From NCBI GenBank assembly GCA_031366795.1, contig JANLOX010000039.1:1-13523 (forward strand): a DNA stretch of 13,523 nt. The letters run 5' to 3'. The first letter of the stretch is position 1, and each line of letters starts with the position of its first letter. Source of the stretch: Candidatus Eiseniibacteriota bacterium. GTDB taxonomy: Bacteria; Eisenbacteria; RBG-16-71-46. Shown here in pieces: positions 1 to 8,637 of the stretch. The position numbers were made by a program, and so were the translations under genes. The notes under the pieces are model-generated. The model saw only the letters and a program-made list of their open reading frames with translations. It had not been told where the DNA came from and made no database searches.

Positions 1-450
1 CTGGCCGGGGCACCGGCGGACTCGAGTACCTCCGGTTATCGCGCGGTGCGGCTGTTTTTCGCCTCGCCCGCGGGCGATCACCTGATCAGTGAATCGCGCG
101 AACTGCCCGAGAGCGCTACCCTGCACGAGCGGGTGGCGGCGCTGGTGAGCGAGCTGGATCGTGGACCTGCAGGCCCAGGGGTGGCGGCGCTGCCGCCCGG
201 GACTTCATTGTTGCGCGTGTTCCTCGATGCCGACGGCCTGATGACCGTCGATCTGTCGCGCGCGTTCCAGCAGGGATTCAAGGGCGGCACGGGGGCCGAG
301 TACCTGGCGATCGCATCGCTGACCCGCACGCTCGCCGCGAATGTGCCGGAGGTGAAGCGCGTGTTGATCGTGTGCGGTGGAGAACCCATTGCGACGCTGG
401 GCGGCCACTTGCCGCTCGATCGCCCGATCGATGTATCGGAGATGCCTTAA
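1..450 (+). CDS. GerMN-domain (sporulation/germination-type) protein, 5'-truncated
   Basis: Frame 1 is open from base 1 (LAGAPADSSTSGYRAVRLFF...) to TAA at 448-450. Motifs 'VRLFF', 'LPPGTSLLRVFLD', 'VDLS..F', 'SLTRTL..N.PEVKRVLI...GE....LGGH' fit GerMN. Its position directly before murI-rph is a familiar context. Confidence 0.8.
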   Translation: MAGAPADSSTSGYRAVRLFFASPAGDHLISESRELPESATLHERVAALVSELDRGPAGPGVAALPPGTSLLRVFLDADGLMTVDLSRAFQQGFKGGTGAEYLAIASLTRTLAANVPEVKRVLIVCGGEPIATLGGHLPLDRPIDVSEMP

Positions 451-452
451 AG

Positions 453-1322
453 ATGCCCGCCACTCACGATCCCAGGCCGATCGGCGTGTTCGACTCGGGG
501 CTCGGCGGCCTCACCGCCGTGCGCGAGCTGTTCCGCCAGCTGCCGCACGAGGCCGTCTACTACTTCGGTGATACGGCGCGGTTGCCGTATGGCAACAAGT
601 CGAAGGAGACGGTGACGCGGTTCTCCCTCGAGATCGCGTCGTTCCTCGTGCGCCAGAACGTGAAGTGCATCGTCGTGGCGTGCAACACCGCGTCTTCGCA
701 CGCCCTCGAGACGCTGCGCGCGCGCTTCGATCTCCCGGTCATCGGCGTGATCGATCCGGCCGTGCGCGCGGCCGTCGCCGTGAGCCCGCATGGCCGAATC
801 GGCGTCGTCGGCACGCTCGCCACGGTGGGCAGCAATGCCTTCGCGACCGAACTGACCAAGGCCGCTCCGGGGGCCACGCTGATCCAGCGCGCCTGCCCGT
901 TGTTCGTGCCGCTGGTCGAGGAAGGTTGGCTCGAGCATCCGGTCACCCGTCAGGTCGCCGAGGAATACCTTGCTGAACTGCGCAACGCGCATCTCGAGAG
1001 TCTCATCCTGGGCTGCACGCACTACCCGCTGCTGACGCCGCTGATCGCTGATCTCATGGGCCCCGGCGTGCACCTCGTGGACTCGGGCGCCGAAGCGGCG
1101 CGCGCCACCACGGCGCTGCTCGCCGCGCGCGGCCAGCTGGCCGATCGCCGTGACCCCCATCACCGTTTCTTCCTGTCCGACGAGCCGCGCCGCCGCAGTT
1201 TCGCGCGCGTGGCCGAGAGTTTCCTGAGTCGCCCGCTGCCGCAAGTGACGGTGGTCGACCAAACCGATCAGCCGTGGTTCATGCGCCCGCCGGTGGCGCG
1301 CGAACACGGCATCGAGGAGTAG
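453..1322 (+). CDS. murI: Glutamate racemase
   Basis: PIGVFDSGLGGLT, GDTARLPYG, and catalytic ACNTAS and GCTHYP motifs. Start placed at ATG 453, just after the upstream stop, not at 372 as in the track. Confidence 0.97.
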   Translation: MPATHDPRPIGVFDSGLGGLTAVRELFRQLPHEAVYYFGDTARLPYGNKSKETVTRFSLEIASFLVRQNVKCIVVACNTASSHALETLRARFDLPVIGVIDPAVRAAVAVSPHGRIGVVGTLATVGSNAFATELTKAAPGATLIQRACPLFVPLVEEGWLEHPVTRQVAEEYLAELRNAHLESLILGCTHYPLLTPLIADLMGPGVHLVDSGAEAARATTALLAARGQLADRRDPHHRFFLSDEPRRRSFARVAESFLSRPLPQVTVVDQTDQPWFMRPPVAREHGIEE

Positions 1323-1325
1323 ATC

Positions 1326-2135
1326 GTGACCCGCAAACCAGCCCCGATCCGCGAGCGGGAATCCGCCGTCGAACCCGCAGCCTTGCCGCTCGTGCGCCTC
1401 GATGGCCGCACCACGCGACAGTTGCGGCCGCTGAAGTTCGAGCGCGGCGTCAACCCGAACGCCGAGGGCTCGTGCATCGTCTCGCTTGGCCGCACGCGCG
1501 TGCTGGTGACGGCCTCGGTCGAAGAGCGCGTTCCGCCATGGCTGCGTGGCCAGGGCAAGGGCTGGGTGACCGCGGAGTACGCGATGTTGCCGCGCGCCAC
1601 CACGGACCGCACGCCGCGCAGCTCACAGACGGGCGGGCGCTCGCAGGAAATCCAGCGCCTGATCGGCCGCTCGCTGCGTGCGGTGACCAACCTCACCATG
1701 TTCGGCGAGCGCGTCATCACCGTGGACTGCGATGTTCTCGAGGCCGACGGCGGCACGCGCACGGCGGCGATCGATGGGGCCATGGTGGCGTTGCACGATG
1801 CGTTCGTGTGGATGTCGAACAAGGGCCAGTTGAAGGGCCCGCCGTTCCTCGACAGCGTCGCAGCGATCTCAGTAGGCATGGTCGATGGCGAGCCTTGCCT
1901 CGACCTGTGCTATGCCGAGGACTCGCGCGCGCAAGTCGACATGAACGTGGTGATGACGGGCGGCGGGCGGTTCGTCGAGGTCCAGGGCACCGGCGAATCC
2001 GCGACCTTCAGTGAGGCCGAAATGCGGCGCCTGCTGGCGTTCGCGCGGCTCGGCGTTCGCCGCGTGACGTCTGCGCAGCGGCGGTTGATCGGCGACTCGG
2101 GGCTGGTTCCCGTTGCGGCAACACCTCCCGCATGA
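1326..2135 (+). CDS. rph: Ribonuclease PH
   Basis: RxDGR, GWVTAEYAMLPRAT, EIQRLIGRSLRA, DCDVLEADGGTRTA and EVQGTGE motifs. GAGGAG lies before GTG 1326; an alternative start is GTG 1392. Confidence 0.97.
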   Translation: MTRKPAPIRERESAVEPAALPLVRLDGRTTRQLRPLKFERGVNPNAEGSCIVSLGRTRVLVTASVEERVPPWLRGQGKGWVTAEYAMLPRATTDRTPRSSQTGGRSQEIQRLIGRSLRAVTNLTMFGERVITVDCDVLEADGGTRTAAIDGAMVALHDAFVWMSNKGQLKGPPFLDSVAAISVGMVDGEPCLDLCYAEDSRAQVDMNVVMTGGGRFVEVQGTGESATFSEAEMRRLLAFARLGVRRVTSAQRRLIGDSGLVPVAATPPA

Positions 2136-2740
2136 GACTCGTGGTGGCCAGCATGAATCGCGACAAGCTCGAGGAGTTGCGTGAACTCCTGGCGTGGCCG
2201 GGCCTCGAATTGCTCAGCTTGTGCGATGTTCCAGGCGCCATGGCTCCGGACGAGACGGGTGCCACGTTGCTCGACAACGCGCGCATCAAGGCGCTGGCGG
2301 CGGTGGCGCTGACCGGGCAACCCGCGCTCGCCGATGACACCGGGCTCGAAGTCGATGCGCTCGAGGGGGCGCCCGGCGTCCGCAGCGCGCGCTTCGCGGG
2401 GCCGGACGCCAGCTACGCGCGCAACACCGAACACTTGCTCGGGCGGCTTACCGGCGTGCCCCCCGGACAGCGCGGCGCGCGGTTTCGCACGGTGTGCGTC
2501 GTGGCGTTTCCCGACGGGCGTGAGGTCGTGGCGGAGGGCATGCTGGAGGGCTGGATCACGGCGGTGCCGCGGGGCAACGCGGGCTTTGGCTACGATCCGG
2601 TGTTCGAACTGCCGGACCACTCGCGCACGCTCGCCGAGCTGTCCGCCGCCGATAAGCACGCGGTATCGCACCGCGCCCGTGCCGTGCGGGCGCTCAAGCC
2701 GGCATTGAGCGCGGCGCTCGAGCCGGCCCCGGGAACGTGA
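2132..2740 (+). CDS. rdgB: Non-canonical purine NTP (dITP/XTP) pyrophosphatase, Ham1 family
   Basis: ADDTGLEVDALEGAPGVRSARF, GFGYDPVF and SHRARA motifs. ATGA overlap with rph; canonical rph-rdgB pairing. Confidence 0.96.
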   Translation: MRLVVASMNRDKLEELRELLAWPGLELLSLCDVPGAMAPDETGATLLDNARIKALAAVALTGQPALADDTGLEVDALEGAPGVRSARFAGPDASYARNTEHLLGRLTGVPPGQRGARFRTVCVVAFPDGREVVAEGMLEGWITAVPRGNAGFGYDPVFELPDHSRTLAELSAADKHAVSHRARAVRALKPALSAALEPAPGT

Positions 2741-4746
2741 CCCTGAAGCGCTGGCTCTCACCGCTCTCGCGGGCATTTGGCCGTCTCGGCCGCGCGCCGC
2801 GCACCTCGGAGCAGCGCGACGTTCAGCGCGCCGCCGCCGAGCGCGTGCTGGAACACTACCGAACGCTGCTCATCGATCTCGGCGCGGTGGTGTGGGAACT
2901 CGATCTCGAGGCGCAGCAGGTGACCGCGGTCAGCGATTCGTGCGCCACGGTGCTCGGTTATTCCGCGCAGCAATGGCGCGAGTCGCCGCGGTTATGGATC
3001 GACACCCAACATCCCGACGATCTCGAGCGCTCAATGGCGTTGATTGCGCGGCTCGCCGGCGGGGCGGGCGAGGAGGTCTACGAGCACCGCATGATCGCCC
3101 CCGATGGCCATGTGGTGTGGCTGCACACCGCGATCCGTGCCGCGCGCGATGCTGCGGGTCACGCGATGTTACGCGGTGTCTCGATGGACATCACCGCCCA
3201 CAAGCGCATCGGCACCGAATTGCAGGGCGCCCTGTCGCTGGTCCAGGCCACGCTCGACGCCACGGACAATGGTATCCTCGTCGTCGGGCTCGACGATCGC
3301 ATCACCAGCCATAACCAGAAATTCGCCCAGATGTGGGGCATCATGGAAGGCCTGATGGGCGCGTTCGACGAGGACGCGGCCCGCCGCCATGCCTCGGCGC
3401 AGGTCAAGGACCCGGAACGGTTCGTGGCGCGGATCCGTGAGATTTACTGCGAGCCGGGCTCGCAGAGCTTCGATGTCATCGAGTTCCGTGATGGCCGCGT
3501 GATCGAGCGCACCTCGCAGCCGCAGCGTCTGGGTGGAGCAATCGTAGGGCGCGTTTGGAGCTTCCGCGACGTCACGGAACGCCTGCGCACGGAACAGGCT
3601 TTGCGCTTGAGCAACGAGCAATTGCAACAGGCGCAGAAGATGGAGGCCGTTGGCCAACTCGCGGGAGGTGTGGCGCACGACTTCAACAACATCCTCACCG
3701 CCGTGCTCGGCAATCTCAGCCTGATTCTCGCCGACCCCGAAGTACCGCTCGGTGTGCGGCACCGCGCCGAAGAGATCCAGCTCGCCTCCGAGCGCGCGGC
3801 CAACCTCACGCGTCAACTGCTGGCGTTCGGCCGCCGCCAGATCCTGACGCCGCGAATTGAATACCTGTGCGTGGTGCTGCTGGAGATGGTCAAGCTGCTG
3901 CGCTTGTCGGCCGGCGAGCGGATCACGATCGAACTCGACCTGGCGCCCGAACCGTCTCCGGTGCTCATCGAGCGCGGCCAGATGGAACAGGTCATCCTCA
4001 ATCTCGTCATCAACGCCCGCGATGCCATGCCGGCCGGCGGCCGTATCGTCATCAAGACGCGCCGCGTCGAGCGCGCCGCGGCGGGCTCACTCGCCTGGAC
4101 CGAGTCCGCCCAGGGTCACGATGTCCTGCTCAGCGTGCGTGACGATGGCGAGGGCATGGACGCCGCGACGATGGCGCGCGCGTTCGAGCCGTTCTTCACC
4201 ACCAAGGACCGTGGCCGCGGCACCGGTCTCGGGCTCGCCTCCGCTTACGGAATCGTGCAGCAGTTGGGAGGCTCGATCCAGGTGCATAGCGCCAGGGGCC
4301 AGGGCGCCACGTTCGACATTCTGGTGCCTCACGCGCCGCAGGGCGAGGGGCACGGGGCGGGGCGGGCACCCGCGCGCCTCGAGACGGTCATGGTCGTCGA
4401 GGACGAGCCGCCGCTACGCGGCCTGATGCGCGATGCGCTGGCGGGCGTGGGCTATCGCGTCATCGAGGTGCCCAATGGCCATGCCGCGCTCGAGCTGTGC
4501 GAAGCGCTCCCGGGCGGACTCGATGTGCTGGTGAGCGACATCCTGATGGCCGGCATCGACGGTGTGGAACTGGCGGCCAGGCTGCGCGCGCAGCGTCCAG
4601 GAGTGCGGGTGTTGTTCATCACCGGCCTCGGGGCCGACGCTCCCGGTCTGCCGCGCGAGCTGCCCGCGGACGCGAGCGTGCTGCGCAAGCCGTTCACGAT
4701 GGAGGCGCTGCTGCGTCGCGTGCGTGAGTGCTTCGAGCGGGAGTAG
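2737..4746 (+). CDS. Cytoplasmic hybrid sensor histidine kinase/response regulator (2 PAS + HisKA + HATPase_c + REC)
   Basis: PAS signatures (HPDD...[14 protein letters not shown]...[15 protein letters not shown]). H-box [17 protein letters not shown]-box [30 protein letters not shown]. Receiver VVEDE..SDILM..ITG..KPF. No obvious transmembrane segment. GTGA overlap with rdgB. Confidence 0.93.
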   Translation: MTLKRWLSPLSRAFGRLGRAPRTSEQRDVQRAAAERVLEHYRTLLIDLGAVVWELDLEAQQVTAVSDSCATVLGYSAQQWRESPRLWIDTQHPDDLERSMALIARLAGGAGEEVYEHRMIAPDGHVVWLHTAIRAARDAAGHAMLRGVSMDITAHKRIGTELQGALSLVQATLDATDNGILVVGLDDRITSHNQKFAQMWGIMEGLMGAFDEDAARRHASAQVKDPERFVARIREIYCEPGSQSFDVIEFRDGRVIERTSQPQRLGGAIVGRVWSFRDVTERLRTEQALRLSNEQLQQAQKMEAVGQLAGGVAHDFNNILTAVLGNLSLILADPEVPLGVRHRAEEIQLASERAANLTRQLLAFGRRQILTPRIEYLCVVLLEMVKLLRLSAGERITIELDLAPEPSPVLIERGQMEQVILNLVINARDAMPAGGRIVIKTRRVERAAAGSLAWTESAQGHDVLLSVRDDGEGMDAATMARAFEPFFTTKDRGRGTGLGLASAYGIVQQLGGSIQVHSARGQGATFDILVPHAPQGEGHGAGRAPARLETVMVVEDEPPLRGLMRDALAGVGYRVIEVPNGHAALELCEALPGGLDVLVSDILMAGIDGVELAARLRAQRPGVRVLFITGLGADAPGLPRELPADASVLRKPFTMEALLRRVRECFERE

Positions 4747-4750
4747 AAAA

Positions 4751-4827
4751 TGGGGTGGATGACGGGGTTTGAACCCGCGACCACTCGAGCCACAGTCGAG
4801 TGCTCTACCAGCTGAGCTACACCCACC
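4751..4827 (-). tRNA. tRNA-His (GTG), CCA encoded, includes G-1
   Basis: Minus strand reads GGTGGGTGTAGCTCAGCTGGTAGAGCACTCGACTGTGGCTCGAGTGGTCGCGGGTTCAAACCCCGTCATCCACCCCA. It has an 8-bp acceptor stem (G-1:C73) and anticodon GTG. Confidence 0.97.
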
Positions 4828-4901
4828 ACCACATTCAAGGAACGGTTAGCCACACCGTTCCCACGTTAGTTGAGACACACAAATCTTGCGCTGCGGCGAT
4901 C

Positions 4902-4927
4902 CGATGCCGCATTGGGATGCGGCATCG
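4902..4927. repeat. Perfect 11-bp inverted repeat (hairpin) in the Arg-His tRNA spacer
   Basis: CGATGCCGCAT-TGGG-ATGCGGCATCG. There is no U-tract on either side, so it is probably a spacer or processing hairpin. Confidence 0.75.
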
Positions 4928-4939
4928 CGCCCTTCCGAT

Positions 4940-5016
4940 TGGCGCGCCTGGAGGGAATCGAACCCCCGACCGACGGATTAGAAATCCGTTGCTCTATCCG
5001 ACTGAGCTACAGGCGC
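4940..5016 (-). tRNA. tRNA-Arg (TCT), CCA encoded
   Basis: Minus strand reads GCGCCTGTAGCTCAGTCGGATAGAGCAACGGATTTCTAATCCGTCGGTCGGGGGTTCGATTCCCTCCAGGCGCGCCA. Anticodon arm is ACGGA-TTTCTAA-TCCGT. Confidence 0.97.
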
Positions 5017-5067
5017 AGGGCATCCATCCCAGACCTTTGGGAAAGCCAAGGGGGTTCTTCTGGCACT

Positions 5068-5146
<79 letters not shown>

Positions 5147-5171
5147 GCACAGGGTCTGCAAAGTCATGCCG

Positions 5172-5201
5172 AAGATAGCCATGCAGGAGGAGCCGCGTCA
5201 A
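5172..5201 (-). promoter_or_regulatory. Putative sigma70 promoter for the tRNA Pro-Arg-His cluster
   Basis: Minus strand TTGACG (5201-5196), N18, TATCTT (5177-5172), about 25 nt upstream of tRNA-Pro. Confidence 0.65.
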
Positions 5202-5240
5202 ACCTTCGGTCCCCAAGGCCCAAGGGCGCATCAGAAGCGG

Positions 5241-5269
5241 TTGCACCGGCCTCCAGTGGCTCCTATGCT
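5241..5269 (+). promoter_or_regulatory. Putative sigma70 promoter for ssb-ssrA
   Basis: TTGCAC (5241-5246), N17, TATGCT (5264-5269), divergent from the tRNA promoter. Confidence 0.6.
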
Positions 5270-5317
5270 CAGGCCCGAACGTCAGTTTCACTCAGGACCA
5301 CTTCGCTGGAGACTTCC

Positions 5318-5773
5318 ATGGGTGTCAACAAGGTCATTCTCCTGGGCAACCTCGGTGCCAATCCCGAGATGCGTTTCACGCAGGGCGGGCAGGCGGTCGC
5401 CAACCTGCGCATCGCTACCACCGAGCGCTACACCGATAAGAACGGCCAGAAGCAGGAGAGCACCGAGTGGCATCGCGTGGTGTTCTTCGGCAAGCAGGCC
5501 GAAGTCGTGGGGCAGTACCTCACCAAGGGGCGCCAGCTCTACATCGAAGGCCGGATTCGCACGCAGAAGTGGCAGGACAAGGCGGGCCAGACGCGCTACA
5601 CCACCGAGATTCTCGGACAGAATTTCCAGTTCATCGGCGGGGGCCGCGGCGAGGAACGCAGCGGCGGCGGCGGTGGTAGTGGCGGTGAAGACATGGGCGC
5701 CATGGTGCCACCGGCCGAGGATGGAATTCCGTCCGATTTCGGCGGCGGTCCGGATGACGACATTCCTTTTTGA
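5318..5773 (+). CDS. ssb: Single-stranded DNA-binding protein
   Basis: [33 protein letters not shown], Gly-rich linker and C-terminal DDDIPF. GGAGA ribosome-binding site. Confidence 0.98.
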   Translation: MGVNKVILLGNLGANPEMRFTQGGQAVANLRIATTERYTDKNGQKQESTEWHRVVFFGKQAEVVGQYLTKGRQLYIEGRIRTQKWQDKAGQTRYTTEILGQNFQFIGGGRGEERSGGGGGSGGEDMGAMVPPAEDGIPSDFGGGPDDDIPF

Positions 5774-5782
5774 TTTTCAAGC

Positions 5783-6137
5783 GGGGGCGTAAAGGTTTCG
5801 ACGGGAATTGTGAACCAGGAAGTGCAGGCCGGGGACCCGTGTCCTCGTCAAAAAAACGGGACTATTCAACTGCCAATGAGCAGTTGCTTCTCGCTGCCTA
5901 ACTAGCAGCGACGGTCGCCCGGACCCCGCCTGTGGGGGCCGAAGCGAGCGTCAGACAATCGCAGGCTGGCTCGACGTCCCGCCCCGGGGCCGAAGGCGAG
6001 AGTAAGTAGGGGCTGGCACGTCACTGATCCCGCCGGTCGGAGCGGGGACGCGCGAGACTCAAACGGCCGGACACGCCTGTAGGATCTCCCTGGGGATTGA
6101 TTTTCGGACGCGGGTTCGATTCCCGCCGCCTCCACCA
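5783..6137 (+). ncRNA. ssrA: tmRNA (transfer-messenger RNA), one-piece
   Basis: 5' end GGGGGCGTAAAGGTTTCGACGGG and 3' end GGACGCGGGTTCGATTCCCGCCGCCTCCACCA. Acceptor stem has the G3:U70 Ala identity pair. Pseudoknot pk1 at about 5830-5860. Length 355 nt. Confidence 0.97.
5872..5901 (+). other. tmRNA proteolysis-tag reading frame (A)ANEQLLLAA*
   Basis: After TCAACT: GCC AAT GAG CAG TTG CTT CTC GCT GCC TAA. The AN start and LAA end are typical. Confidence 0.9.
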
Positions 6138-6142
6138 CGCAC

Positions 6143-6171
6143 GAAGGCCGGTCCGCGAGGACCGGCCTTTT
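6143..6171 (+). terminator. Intrinsic terminator after ssrA
   Basis: GAAGGCCGGTCC-GCGA-GGACCGGCCTTTT: a GC-rich stem with a GNRA loop and a short U-tract. Confidence 0.8.
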
Positions 6172-6174
6172 CGC

Positions 6175-6203
6175 TTGCCACGCCGGGGGCCCGCGAGTAC
6201 CCT
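6175..6203 (+). promoter_or_regulatory. Putative sigma70 promoter for the yggS operon
   Basis: TTGCCA (6175-6180), N17, TACCCT (6198-6203), immediately after the ssrA terminator. Confidence 0.5.
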
Positions 6204-6213
6204 CCCGCGTCCT

Positions 6214-6912
6214 GTGAGTGGCCAGTCTGACGATTTCCCGACCCGCCTCAAGTCTGTCCAAGACCGCATCGCTGCAGCTGCCGCGCGCTCCGGCCGTACG
6301 CCGGGTGCGGTCACGTTGATCGGTGTCGCCAAGACCGTCGCGGTGGACCAGATCCGCCGCGCCCTGGCTGCCGGTTTGACAGATGTGGGAGAGAATCGCG
6401 TGCAGGAAGCCGAACAGGCCATAGCGGCCGTCGGCAGGACGGCGGCGCGCTGGCACTTGATCGGGCATTTGCAAGGCAACAAGAGCGGCCGCGCTCTCGA
6501 GGGATTCGATCGCATCCATACGTTGGATTCCGTCGAGTTGGCGCAAACGCTGTCGCGCAAGGCAACGGAACGGGGCCGCACGGTTCCGGCGCTGGTGCAG
6601 GTCAATGTAAGCGGTGAGCCCTCGAAGCACGGGGTCGCACCGGCTGGACTGGTCGAAATGTTGCGGCAACTGGAAGGCAGTCCCGGACTCGAGATCGACG
6701 GCTTGATGTCGATCGGGACCCGGGTGGAGCGGCCCGAGGATGCCCGGCGGGAATTGGCCCGGCTGCGGGAGTTGCGCGACGAGGCGGAACGCGCGCTGGG
6801 CAGGCGGTTGCCGCACCTGTCGATGGGAATGAGCGACGACTACGAAGTGGCGGTAGAAGAGGGCAGCACCTTCGTGCGTCTCGGGGCGGCGTTGTTTGGC
6901 GTCCGGCCTTAA
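6214..6912 (+). CDS. yggS: PLP homeostasis protein, YggS/PROSC family
   Basis: LIGVAKT (PLP Lys), GENRVQE, WHLIGHLQGNK and LSMGMSDDY..A.EEGST.VRLG..LFG.R motifs. Start moved to GTG 6214 because the track start at 6097 lies inside the tmRNA. Confidence 0.95.
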   Translation: MSGQSDDFPTRLKSVQDRIAAAAARSGRTPGAVTLIGVAKTVAVDQIRRALAAGLTDVGENRVQEAEQAIAAVGRTAARWHLIGHLQGNKSGRALEGFDRIHTLDSVELAQTLSRKATERGRTVPALVQVNVSGEPSKHGVAPAGLVEMLRQLEGSPGLEIDGLMSIGTRVERPEDARRELARLRELRDEAERALGRRLPHLSMGMSDDYEVAVEEGSTFVRLGAALFGVRP

Positions 6913-6973
6913 GTCTCACGGAGCAACGGGCACAACAGGCGGCGCCAGGATGGCGCGCCCCTAGGAGCAACGG

Positions 6974-7273
6974 ATGTTCGTGATCGGCAATCTGCTCAGC
7001 GCGCTGGCGGGATTGATCGCATTTCTCGCCCAGGCGCTTTCGCTGGTGCTGTTGGTCAATGCGTTGTTGTCGTGGGTCCGGCCTGATCCGTCGAACCCCA
7101 TCGTGATGTTCCTGGACCGCGTCTCGGATGCGGTGTGCTCACCGGTGCGGCGGTTCCTCCCGACGGTGTACGGCGGCATCGATTTCGCGCCGTTCATCGT
7201 CATGCTGGTGTTGTGGTACGGCGTTCACGGATTCCTGGTTCGCACGTTGTCGGACCTCGCCATCCGGCTATGA
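6974..7273 (+). CDS. yggT: YggT family membrane protein
   Basis: ALLSWVRPDPSNPIV.FL.RV....P.RR.LP...GIDFAP motif. AGGAG ribosome-binding site; follows yggS. Confidence 0.93.
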   Translation: MFVIGNLLSALAGLIAFLAQALSLVLLVNALLSWVRPDPSNPIVMFLDRVSDAVCSPVRRFLPTVYGGIDFAPFIVMLVLWYGVHGFLVRTLSDLAIRL

Positions 7274-7554
7274 CGGTTCGCCTCAGGGTGCGCGTGCACC
7301 CGGGCGCCCGTCGCGAGCGCATCGACCGCCGCATGGCCGATGGCACGTGGCGGATCGAAGTTCACGCGGCGCCCGAAGCAGGACGCGCGAATGAGGCAGT
7401 CGTGGGGTTGCTCGCTGAGGTGCTGGGAGTGCCGCGCGGCAGGTTGCGCGTCGTCTCAGGACAATCGGGGCGCAACAAATTGGTCGAAGTCGAGGGCGTT
7501 GAAGGCGCCGACGTTGAGGCAAGGCTGACGCAGTCCGCGCACCGGGAGGGCTAA
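7270..7554 (+). CDS. DUF167 (YggU/UPF0235) family protein
   Basis: VRVHPGARRE, V.AAPEAGRANEAV..LLA..LGV and SGQSGRNK.V motifs. ATG 7270 overlaps the yggT stop (ATGA). Confidence 0.9.
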   Translation: MTVRLRVRVHPGARRERIDRRMADGTWRIEVHAAPEAGRANEAVVGLLAEVLGVPRGRLRVVSGQSGRNKLVEVEGVEGADVEARLTQSAHREG

Positions 7555-7629
7555 AGCCCACGCAGCTGGCTAACCCGCCCGAATTCCTCACCGCTGGTGT
7601 CCGAACTGAAATATCACGGAGGTAAGTTC

Positions 7630-8637
7630 ATGGTGTCTTCCCGCAAGAAGAGCGCAGCGAAGTCGAAGTCAGCCCGGCCGGCGGTGAGCCGCAAGCCGGC
7701 GAAAAAGGCCGCGCCTGTGCGGGCAAAGAGCCCCGTGAAGAAGCCAGCTCCCGCTCAGCCAGTCGCCCTCGCCAAGAAGCCGGTCAAGGCTGTTGCAGCG
7801 CCTAGGGCCAGTGCCAAGGCCGCTCCCGCAGCGAAGGTTGCCAGAACGGCGCCGCCCAAGCCTCTAGCGGCCAAGGCTGCGGCTGCCAAGGCTGCGGCTG
7901 CCAAGGCTGTGGTTGCCAAGGTTGTGGTTGCCAAGGTTGCGCCGGTCAAGGCTGCGCAGGGCAAGCACGTGCCCATCGTCCGCGCCGTGGCCAAGGGTGA
8001 CATCAAGCCGGCGCACAAGCCCATGAAGGGAGCCGCCGCCAAGGCCGGCATCGGCAAGAACCGCACGGGCCCTTCGCCGCGCAAGGGTTCGGCTTCGGAG
8101 ACCGTGCGTCCGCTGGGAATGCTGCCGCCCGAAGCCGTCGCTCGCGCCGCGCACCAGCGCACCGTCCAGCGCCCACCGCTCAAGCCGGCTCCGGCGTCCG
8201 TGCCCGTCCGTCACATCGCCGAACCGACCCGTTCCGAGGGGGCGCACCGCTTGACGGAGAAAGAACTCAAGACTTTCGAAGACCTGCTGCTCCGCGAGCG
8301 CCGCCGCATCTTGAAGGAAATGGGACACCTCGAGACCACCGTGCTCAAGGTGAACCAGCGCGACAGCTCGGGCGACCTGTCGGGTTACTCGTTCCACATG
8401 GCCGATGCCGGCACCGATGCGATGGAGCGCGAGAAGGCATTCCTGTTCGCTTCCGTCGAGGGCCGCGTGCTGCTCGAGATCGACGACGCGCTGCGCCGCC
8501 TGTATCGCGGCGAGTACGGCAATTGCGAAACGTGCGGTAACCTGATCGCGCGCGCGCGTCTCGAGGTGATGCCGCAGGCGCGGCTATGCATTTCATGCAA
8601 GGAGAAGGAGGAGCGGGAGCAGCGGGGCGCGGTGTGA
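7630..8637 (+). CDS. DksA/TraR C4 zinc-finger protein with a long Lys/Ala/Pro-rich N-terminal extension
   Basis: C-terminal coiled coil with HMADAGTD, followed by YGNCETCG..IARARLEVMP.ARLCISCKE. GGAGGT (7618-7623) precedes ATG 7630. Confidence 0.9.
   Translation: MVSSRKKSAAKSKSARPAVSRKPAKKAAPVRAKSPVKKPAPAQPVALAKKPVKAVAAPRASAKAAPAAKVARTAPPKPLAAKAAAAKAAAAKAVVAKVVVAKVAPVKAAQGKHVPIVRAVAKGDIKPAHKPMKGAAAKAGIGKNRTGPSPRKGSASETVRPLGMLPPEAVARAAHQRTVQRPPLKPAPASVPVRHIAEPTRSEGAHRLTEKELKTFEDLLLRERRRILKEMGHLETTVLKVNQRDSSGDLSGYSFHMADAGTDAMEREKAFLFASVEGRVLLEIDDALRRLYRGEYGNCETCGNLIARARLEVMPQARLCISCKEKEEREQRGAV
7870..7959 (+). repeat. Coding tandem repeat, 6 x 15 bp (degenerate)
   Basis: GCCAAGGCTGCGGCT x2, GCCAAGGCTGTGGTT, GCCAAGGTTGTGGTT, GCCAAGGTTGCGCCG, GTCAAGGCTGCGCAG. 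These encode AKAAA AKAAA AKAVV AKVVV AKVAP VKAAQ. Confidence 0.9.

Noticed and set aside
6100..6171. Mobile element integrated at the ssrA 3' end
   Set aside because: ssrA is followed directly by its terminator and the core gene yggS, so the site is empty.
6097..6213. N-terminal extension of YggS in the ORF track
   Set aside because: It overlaps the tmRNA 3' end and its terminator. Family similarity begins after 6214.
7870..7959. CRISPR-like array
   Set aside because: The units are contiguous, in-frame 15-mers with no spacers, and there are no cas genes.
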